Of a DNA stretch of 64,000 nt, positions 57,068-64,000 are shown one piece after another. The DNA is taken from the IMG/VR virus record IMGVR_UViG_3300028388_004019, positions 1 to 64,000 of that record. One strand, written 5' to 3'. The notes under the pieces are model-generated. The model was given only the letters and a program-made list of their open reading frames with translations. It was not told the origin of the DNA and ran no database searches. This DNA is from a virus. A program made the position numbers and the translations under genes. Numbering within the stretch: the stretch's first letter is position 1; each line of letters opens with the position of its first letter.

Positions 57068-58345
57068 CTAATCTATCGTTCCTGCTTGCCAGTATTCATC
57101 TCCCGACAAATCTAAATTTATGTCATCACTTAGACCATTCACTATATGTAATTGAGTAGACCCTGTATCTGAAAAGTAAACAGAATTACCCGTCCATGCT
57201 GAAATAGATAGTTGTTCAGCAACTTTATCAATTCGATTTGCCAAACCTCGTACTGGTCTCCATACATAAGTATTTTCTGTGATGTACACTTTTATACTCT
57301 GACTTGCGAAAACTAATCCGACAATCTTTCTTGTACCTTCAATATCGGCCACTAATGCTGAGCCAGAATCCCCACCGTTTATAGGATAATAACACCAATA
57401 GTCCTCAGTGGTTGTTAATGCACTGGCACCAAATCTTATACAATCAGAGAAATAAATAACCTCCTCTACACCTTGATTATTATATTTGATAGTTATCGAA
57501 TGTGAAGTTGAATCAACAAATAGTTTACTATCACCTTCACCTTTTGGACCTGTAGTACGACCAGTACTGAATAAGTTGTTTCGATTGGTTAATAAACTGT
57601 CAATTTCTGATGTCGAAGCAAATTCCAAAGTGTCTAACCAATCATTCATCCCGTATTGTTTATACGAAACAGAATAATCAATATCAGATTCATTGATTGT
57701 TGTCAATGCAGCATCAACAGTATTATATTCAGGAGTACCACTCAACGGTACATACCTTTTAACTAAACCAATCGAATTTTGTAGTCCTCTATTACTACCA
57801 TCGTTAGGTTGAGTAACAAAATTATTACTTATACTTGTATGTGTTTTATCAGGGTTTCTCTCCGATGCTAAAAAAGCGTTTTTAACTAAAACATGGTTAT
57901 TACTTACACCAACCAATGAATTAGTATCAGTATCCACTGCTAAAAAACCTAAAGTACCCACATAATTACCTAAATTAGTATAGTTGGTTACTGAAATACC
58001 TCCTTGAAGTGGTCTGAATTTATCTCGATTACCAGGCGCCACCGAATCCCATGAGTAAAAATTGGATGGACACCATTGAGCATTTTCAAGACTGGCGAAT
58101 TCATATTTACCTTCTTCAACATCAGTGGGTAATAATTCCTCACCGACTTGTATTTCAGAAGGTAAAACCTCATCTTCAGGTATTTCATCGAGAGGTTTTT
58201 TCTTGATGACCGTAAAAACAATAGCATCTTCATTGGTGAGTTTACCACCAACTGTTTTTTTACCATAACCAACACCTACTACATCCTCGGGTGTTATACT
58301 ATGGTAGTGTTTAGTTATTTTGTTAATTATACTTTGGTCCATCAT
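57068..58345 (-). CDS. Trypsin-like (S1/Nal1-like) serine protease
   Basis: Catalytic triad motifs SNNHV, VDAAL and GGDSGSAL; GRTTG; N-terminal GVGYGKK...AIVFTV.KK...LP...TDV prodomain-like region. Confidence 0.88.
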   Translation of the reverse strand: MMDQSIINKITKHYHSITPEDVVGVGYGKKTVGGKLTNEDAIVFTVIKKKPLDEIPEDEVLPSEIQVGEELLPTDVEEGKYEFASLENAQWCPSNFYSWDSVAPGNRDKFRPLQGGISVTNYTNLGNYVGTLGFLAVDTDTNSLVGVSNNHVLVKNAFLASERNPDKTHTSISNNFVTQPNDGSNRGLQNSIGLVKRYVPLSGTPEYNTVDAALTTINESDIDYSVSYKQYGMNDWLDTLEFASTSEIDSLLTNRNNLFSTGRTTGPKGEGDSKLFVDSTSHSITIKYNNQGVEEVIYFSDCIRFGASALTTTEDYWCYYPINGGDSGSALVADIEGTRKIVGLVFASQSIKVYITENTYVWRPVRGLANRIDKVAEQLSISAWTGNSVYFSDTGSTQLHIVNGLSDDINLDLSGDEYWQAGTID

Positions 58346-58411
58346 ATGTTATAAATATTAACCATTAGGTTTATATTTGCCATGTAGACACTTGTTATTT
58401 TTTTATTTCAT

Positions 58412-61400
58412 TTACCCACCACATGGGTGCTCTGCAGGTGATGTACACTCACTACAGTCGACATATACCTCACTAGGTCCACCTGTCCACAGATTACCAT
58501 TATTACCAATAAACTGACCGTTAATAACACCCAGTTTGGTCTCCGTACCAGTTGATGAGGTATAGAAACTGACACATTGGTCACTTATACCTGTTTGATT
58601 TTGTAAATATAATGTAGTTCTACCAGCAGTAATTGCTTGATTAATCTCACTTTGAAGTGTTGTAGTCACACTCAATGAATATGGAGTAGCTTCACCAGTT
58701 TCACAACACCCTGAGAAATATATGTCAACATAATTTGGTGTTTGTGTAATTGACGGAGTAACCGTATTTGTAGGTGTGACCGATGGAGTCACTGAGGCCG
58801 TCACAGTTTGAGTTGGTGTATTAGTAACAGTTTGAGTTGGTGTATTAGTTTGTGTTTGGGTCGGTGTATTAGTTTGTGTTTGGGTCGGTGTATTAGTTTG
58901 TGTTTGGGTTGGAGTAGAAGTGACTGTTTGTGTAGGTGTCTTAGTTTGTGTCATAGTATTTGTCGGAGTATTAGTTACAGTCTGTGTAATAGTTGGCGTC
59001 ACAGATAACGTAGGCGTCACTGTCGGTGTTGGTGTTTGACTCTGTGTAGGTGTTGGGGTAGGTGAAAGACAGTAACCTAAATTATTTATAGCATCTTCAA
59101 TCAGGTCCGCGTAGTACTGTGAACTACCTTGTCTTAATACATTGTAAGTATTATGTATTTCTGTTTTATCTGAAAGTCCATATATACCAGCATAATTTCC
59201 GAGACCCTCTTCAACCGCAATCAATAAGTTTTGGAAATTGATATGACTTTGATTTGTTCCAGAGACTTGGAAATACTCACCTCTTATATCATAACTATTA
59301 CTATCGATACGAGACCTTAGTCTCACAATATCGGAATCGAATGTAGACGTTCTGGTTGTAAAAATACCCCAATTACCATCTCCAGTATAATCAGTTTGGG
59401 CTTCATCTTGGAATACCATATTTAGACGCTTATCAACGGTAGGGTCATCGAAACTTAAACTCGATAAAAAGAAATAACCACGTTCATCAGATTTTTTGAA
59501 TTTAACACGTTTGTCGTATAAGTCTTCGTCATTATTATAGAACGGTAATAAAACAGGTTTAAGAAGTGTATTCACAGCAACAGATAAAGGTGGAATAGTT
59601 ACATCCATAGAACCCGATGAATCATAGTAAATATTAATTTCTGTCCCATCATCTATTGGGATACATGCCGGTGTTTCTGTAAGTGTAGGACTAATCGAAG
59701 GCGTAGGTGTTAGTGTTGCATTAGGTATGAAAATAAATTCTGTAAATACCTCCCCTTCTGTAGGTGTGACTGTAGGTGTAACTGTCGGAGTTGATGTATA
59801 TGTTGGACTCACAGAGATTGATGGTGTATTAGTTGGACTATTTGATATTGTAGGTGTGTTAGTTGGACTTACCGATATAGTTGGCGTGTTTGTAGGACTC
59901 ACTGAAATCGTAGGGGTATTTGTTGGTGTAGGTGTAGGACTCACATCAGGATTACTACAACAGTTGTTACATATTGTTGTCAATGTGTATGCGGATGATG
60001 GGTATTGTGGTGGGAATACTACAGTACCTTGTTGAGCACATATTCTCACAGTTTGAGGTACTCTATAAATAAATCCATGAGATTGTCTCACTGTCCCACA
60101 TAATGTTTCATCACACTCATCGTACCAATATTCAAATAGACCTTCATTACCTAACTTAGTAACAGTTATTTCATAAACACTACAATCATACAATACCCCT
60201 GATGGTGATGGAGTCACTGTATGTGTCGGAGTAACTGTTGGTGTCGAAGTTACTGTTGGGGTTTGAGTCGATGATGGTGTATAAGTTTGAGTTGGGGTTT
60301 GTGAACTACCAGGTGTTTGTGATACTGTGACTGTAGGTGTTAAAGTAGGTGACTGAGTCACAGTAACCGTTGGTGTTTGGGTTGACGCAGGGCTTGAAGT
60401 TATTGTCGGAGTCTGTGTTACTGTCGGAGTATTCGATGGTGTTGGAGTATTAGACGACGTTACAGTCACCGTTTGTGTTGGAGTGATTGTGGATGTCGGA
60501 GTAGATGTAGGAGTCCCACCAGGTGTCTCTGATGGTGTTACAGTCTGTGTTATGGTGGCTGTTGGTGTAAATGTTGGAGTGATACTTGATGTAATTGACG
60601 GAGTTACCGTTAAAGTAGGTGTTACCGATGCTGTTGTTGATGGTGTCAATGTCGGGGTAATAGACGGTGTTGCCGATGCGGTTGGAGTAAATGTTGAGGT
60701 TTGTGTTGGCGTATTTGTCTGTGTAACACCAGGAGTTTCAGAAGGAGTTACCGTCAATGTTGGTGTTTGTGTTGGGGTTTCACTGGCAGTAACCGTTGGA
60801 GTTACAGAACCTGTAGGTGTATTAGTATTTGTAACCGTTGGTGTTACCGAAGCAGTCGTAGATGGTGTTGGTGTAATCGAAGCTGTTGGAGTAACAGACG
60901 ATGTTGGAGTTACCGTTTGTGTTGGAGTATTAGATGGTGTTACCGTGACCGTTTGAGTAGGTGTATTAGTAGGTGTTGAACCTGGCGTTTCAGATGGAGT
61001 CACCGTTTGTGTCTGAGTAACCGTCGGAGTAATACTTGCCGTTAATGTTGGAGTTACTGATGCTGTTGGTGTATTCGTATTTGTAACCGTTGGAGTAACT
61101 GATGAAGTCACTGATGGTGTAGGTGTTACAGACGCTGTTTGAGTAACAGTAGATGTCGGAGTAACAGAAGATGTAGGGGTTACTGTTGACGTTTGAGTTA
61201 CAGTCTGAGTTGGTGTAGATGTTGGAGTTACTCCTGGTGTTTCTGATGGTGTTACCGTTTGTGTTTGAGTAACTGTTGGAGTCACACTCGAAGTCAATGT
61301 TGGAGTTACTGACGCAGTTGGAGTAATCGAAGCAGTCACTGTAGATGTAACTGACGGTGTTGGTGTATTTGACGTTGTTGGTGTTATTGTAGCAGTTGGA

Positions 61401-64000
61401 GTAACCGTTGAAGTCTGTGTTACCGTTTGTGTTGGGGTATTAGTCGGGGTCACCCCTGGTGTTTCAGAAGGAGTTACCGTCAATGTTGGTGTTTGTGTTG
61501 GGGTTTCACTGGCAGTCACTGTAGGTGTTACAGATGCCGTTGGTGTGATAGTAGATGTAATTGTCGCTGTTACTGATGGTGTCGGCGTATTTGATGTTGT
61601 TGGAGTAACAGACGCAGTAGGAGTAACTGATGATGTAGGTGTTACTGAAGCGGTTTGTGTAACCGTCGCAGTTGGCGTAGATGTCGGTGTAACCCCTGGT
61701 GTTTCAGAAGGTGTGACCGTTTGTGTTTGTGTCACTGTCGGTGTGATAGTAGCGGTCAATGTTGGTGTAACTGATGCCGTTGGAGTAACTGTTGAAGTAA
61801 TTGTTGCAGTCACTGATGGTGTCGGAGTTACAGAAGATGTTGGGGTAACCGATGCCGTCGGGGTAACAGAAGCTGTTGGTGTGACTGAACTTGTTGGAGT
61901 ATTAGTCGGAGTAGAAACAGGTGTTTCAGAAGGTGTAACAGTTTGTGTTTGAGTAACAGTTGGAGTTACACTTGAAGTTACTGTCGGCGTTACTGATGCA
62001 GTTGGAGTAACACTTGCAGTGATTGTAGCAGTCACAGACGGTGTTGGAGTATTTGATGTTGTAGGAGTAACGGAGGCCGTTGGAGTTACTGACGATGTCG
62101 GAGTAACAGACGCAGTTTGTGTTACCGTTTGAGTCGGTGTAGATGTTGGAGTTACCCCTGGAGTCTCAGATGGTGTTACCGTTTGAGTCTGAGTAACCGT
62201 CGGTGTAATAGTTGCCGTTACCGTTGGTGTAATAGAAGCGGTAGGAGTAACAGATGATGTAACTGTCGCAGTAACTGATGGGGTTGGAGTATTTGACGTT
62301 GTAGGTGTAACCGATGCTGTTGGTGTAACTGATGAAGTAGGAGTATTAGAAGGTGTTACCGTAACTGTAGAAGTTGGTGTAGATGTCGGAGTAACACCTG
62401 GCGTTTCAGAAGGAGTTACAGTTTGTGTTGGCGTGAATGTTGGTGTAACTGTAGCAGTTACGGTCGGTGTAATACTTGCCGTTGGTGTTACACTCGCAGT
62501 TATAGTTGCAGTTACCGATGGTGTTACTGTTTGAGTAGGAGTTACTGATGCAGTTGGTGTAACTGATGAAGTAGGAGTTACTGAAGCCGTCACCGTTTGA
62601 GTTGGTGTGATTGATGCAGTTGGTGTCACACTAGCAGTCGGCGTTACAGATGAAGTAGGAGTATTTGTTTGTGTTACCGCAGGTGTTTCAGATGGTGTTA
62701 CCGTTTGAGTCGGTGTGTTAGTTGGTGTCTCACTTGCCGTCAATGTTGGTGTAACAGACGCCGTTGGTGTTACCGATGCCGTTACAGTAGCAGTAACCGA
62801 AGGTGTCGGAGTATTTGTAGGTGTTTCAGTAGGTGTTGGAGTTACCGATGATGTAGGCGTTACACTTGCAGTTGGAGTAACCGAAGCGGTAACCGTTTGT
62901 GTTGGTGTGATAGTTGCCGTTTGAGTAACAGTTGAAGTTGGAGTATTAGTTGGCGTACTTACAGGTGTTGACGAAGCAGTAACAGTTTGTGTCGGTGTAA
63001 ATGTTGGAGTCACGGTAGAAGTGACCGTTGGAGTTATAGACGCAGTAGGAGTTACCGATGCAGTAACAGTTTGAGTAACTGTTTGAGTAGGTGTGTTTGT
63101 CGGAGTTAACGATGCTGTTGGAGTAACTGAAGATGTTGGAGTAACACTTGATGTTGGAGTAACCGAAGCAGTAACCGTTTGAGTTGGAGTAATAGTTGAC
63201 GTTTGAGTTACCGTTTGTGTTGGAGTGTTAGTTGGGGTAATTGATGGTGTCTCAGATGGAGTAACCGTCTGAGTAGGCGTAAATGTCGGAGTAACCGTGG
63301 CAGTTACCGTTGGAGTAATAGACGCAGTTGGTGTAACTGAAGCAGTAACAGTTTGTGTAACAGTCTGAGTTGGGGTATTTGTCGGTGTAATACTTGCAGT
63401 TGGAGTGACCGAACTTGTAGGTGTTACTGATGATGTTGGCGTAACCGAAGCCGTAACCGTTTGAGTTGGGGTAATAGTTGCAGTCGGTGTCAATGTAGAC
63501 GTAGGAGTATTCGTAGGTGTCACTGCTGGTGTAGAAGAAGCTGTTACCGTTTGTGTCGGAGTAAAGGTTGGAGTCACCGTTGAAGTAACAGTTGGAGTAA
63601 TAGACGCAGTAGGTGTTACCGATGCAGTAACCGTTTGAGTCACTGTTTGTGTTGGCGTATTTGTAGGTGTCAACGAGGCAGTTGGTGTAACCGAAGCAGT
63701 TGGTGTTATTGATGATGTTGGAGTAACCGAAGCAGTTACCGTTTGAGTCGGAGTTATAGTTGCAGTTTGTGTAACTGTTGATGTTGGGGTATTAGTTGGA
63801 GTAACTGCGGGGGTTGAAGAAGCAGTGACAGTTTGTGTTGGCGTAAATGTCGGAGTGACCGTGGCAGTTACCGTTGGTGTGATAGTTGCAGTTGGTGTAA
63901 ATGTTGGAGTAACCGTAGCCGTAACTGTTGGTGTTATTGAGGCAGTTGGTGTTACACTAGCGGTTGGAGTAACTGAAGATGTAGGCGTTACCGAAGCTGT
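58412..64000 (-). CDS. Giant Thr/Pro/Ser/Val-rich repeat protein with C-terminal Cys module, VWA-like domain and tip domain (5' end outside the window; >1860 aa)
   Basis: The track start at 63673 is an internal TTG; the frame is open to base 64000 (TASVTPTSSVTPT). More than 1200 aa of TPTxxx hexamers, then YDC...DECD...RICA, YYDSSGSM (DxSxS) and a C-terminal CC...CSEC domain. Confidence 0.9.
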   Translation of the reverse strand, partial: TASVTPTSSVTPTASVTPTASITPTVTATVTPTFTPTATITPTVTATVTPTFTPTQTVTASSTPAVTPTNTPTSTVTQTATITPTQTVTASVTPTSSITPTASVTPTASLTPTNTPTQTVTQTVTASVTPTASITPTVTSTVTPTFTPTQTVTASSTPAVTPTNTPTSTLTPTATITPTQTVTASVTPTSSVTPTSSVTPTASITPTNTPTQTVTQTVTASVTPTASITPTVTATVTPTFTPTQTVTPSETPSITPTNTPTQTVTQTSTITPTQTVTASVTPTSSVTPTSSVTPTASLTPTNTPTQTVTQTVTASVTPTASITPTVTSTVTPTFTPTQTVTASSTPVSTPTNTPTSTVTQTATITPTQTVTASVTPTASVTPTSSVTPTPTETPTNTPTPSVTATVTASVTPTASVTPTLTASETPTNTPTQTVTPSETPAVTQTNTPTSSVTPTASVTPTASITPTQTVTASVTPTSSVTPTASVTPTQTVTPSVTATITASVTPTASITPTVTATVTPTFTPTQTVTPSETPGVTPTSTPTSTVTVTPSNTPTSSVTPTASVTPTTSNTPTPSVTATVTSSVTPTASITPTVTATITPTVTQTQTVTPSETPGVTPTSTPTQTVTQTASVTPTSSVTPTASVTPTTSNTPTPSVTATITASVTPTASVTPTVTSSVTPTVTQTQTVTPSETPVSTPTNTPTSSVTPTASVTPTASVTPTSSVTPTPSVTATITSTVTPTASVTPTLTATITPTVTQTQTVTPSETPGVTPTSTPTATVTQTASVTPTSSVTPTASVTPTTSNTPTPSVTATITSTITPTASVTPTVTASETPTQTPTLTVTPSETPGVTPTNTPTQTVTQTSTVTPTATITPTTSNTPTPSVTSTVTASITPTASVTPTLTSSVTPTVTQTQTVTPSETPGVTPTSTPTQTVTQTSTVTPTSSVTPTSTVTQTASVTPTPSVTSSVTPTVTNTNTPTASVTPTLTASITPTVTQTQTVTPSETPGSTPTNTPTQTVTVTPSNTPTQTVTPTSSVTPTASITPTPSTTASVTPTVTNTNTPTGSVTPTVTASETPTQTPTLTVTPSETPGVTQTNTPTQTSTFTPTASATPSITPTLTPSTTASVTPTLTVTPSITSSITPTFTPTATITQTVTPSETPGGTPTSTPTSTITPTQTVTVTSSNTPTPSNTPTVTQTPTITSSPASTQTPTVTVTQSPTLTPTVTVSQTPGSSQTPTQTYTPSSTQTPTVTSTPTVTPTHTVTPSPSGVLYDCSVYEITVTKLGNEGLFEYWYDECDETLCGTVRQSHGFIYRVPQTVRICAQQGTVVFPPQYPSSAYTLTTICNNCCSNPDVSPTPTPTNTPTISVSPTNTPTISVSPTNTPTISNSPTNTPSISVSPTYTSTPTVTPTVTPTEGEVFTEFIFIPNATLTPTPSISPTLTETPACIPIDDGTEINIYYDSSGSMDVTIPPLSVAVNTLLKPVLLPFYNNDEDLYDKRVKFKKSDERGYFFLSSLSFDDPTVDKRLNMVFQDEAQTDYTGDGNWGIFTTRTSTFDSDIVRLRSRIDSNSYDIRGEYFQVSGTNQSHINFQNLLIAVEEGLGNYAGIYGLSDKTEIHNTYNVLRQGSSQYYADLIEDAINNLGYCLSPTPTPTQSQTPTPTVTPTLSVTPTITQTVTNTPTNTMTQTKTPTQTVTSTPTQTQTNTPTQTQTNTPTQTQTNTPTQTVTNTPTQTVTASVTPSVTPTNTVTPSITQTPNYVDIYFSGCCETGEATPYSLSVTTTLQSEINQAITAGRTTLYLQNQTGISDQCVSFYTSSTGTETKLGVINGQFIGNNGNLWTGGPSEVYVDCSECTSPAEHPCGG

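Noticed and set aside
59727-62924. Plus-strand Val/Gly-rich ORFs
   Set aside because: Antisense read-out of the TPT repeats.
1-64000. CRISPR array, tRNA or rRNA genes
   Set aside because: I found no repeat-spacer array with constant non-coding repeats and no cloverleaf or rRNA-like sequence in the short intergenic gaps. All repeats are coding or terminator modules.
1-64000. Origin from a eukaryotic giant virus (suggested by PLOD, collagen, LRR and EF-hand)
   Set aside because: Sigma70, a TonB-dependent receptor, a peptidoglycan amidase, S74 chaperones, PcfJ, intrinsic terminators and Bacteroidota promoters all indicate a bacteriophage. No NCLDV core gene is visible.
1-64000. Alternative genetic code (stop-codon reassignment as in some Bacteroidota phages)
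   Set aside because: Long genes are intact under the standard code and densely packed. The breaks seen are frame changes, not in-frame TAG or TGA.
58412-64000. Ice-binding or antifreeze function from TxT ladders
   Set aside because: The central residue is Pro, which disfavours the flat beta-solenoid of TxT ice-binding proteins. A mucin-like stalk explains the sequence better, though it was not tested.

Overview
This window looks like part of a large (jumbo/huge) tailed dsDNA phage genome, almost all coded on the minus strand. The host is probably Bacteroidota: there are repeated TTTG-N20-TAnnTTTG promoters, a Bacteroidota-type TonB-dependent receptor, type II glutamine synthetase, a SprB repeat and a T9SS-type C-terminal signal. 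1-12.4 kb holds three paralogous, Lys-rich, regularly interrupted collagen-like fibre genes. Two end in a peptidase-S74 autocleaving chaperone and one carries LamG and galactose-binding-like domains. 12.5-51 kb is a mixed metabolic, replication and lysis region (Grx, Trx, GS, TBDR, PcfJ, two DNA MTases, DnaJ, amidase, sigma70, dCMP deaminase, SbcC/D, PD-(D/E)XK nuclease, primase, RuvC). 51-64 kb holds virion-type genes with very long Thr-Pro-Thr repeats, a SprB repeat, a VWA-like motif and a trypsin-like protease. The main finding is an apparently complete animal/Mimivirus-type procollagen lysyl hydroxylase/glycosyltransferase (PLOD) split into separate genes. A GT+accessory gene (20692-22122) stops at the domain boundary where two lysyl-hydroxylase-domain genes (46800-47429 intact; 47561-48172 degenerate) begin. 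The same genome encodes Gly-X-Lys-rich collagens, mucin-like proteins and a sulfotransferase, which together suggest a phage system for collagen hydroxylation and glycosylation. Several local discontinuities (about 4032, 8145, 37012 and 42660) may be assembly errors and need read-level checks. All family assignments come from motif recognition by eye; no database search was run.
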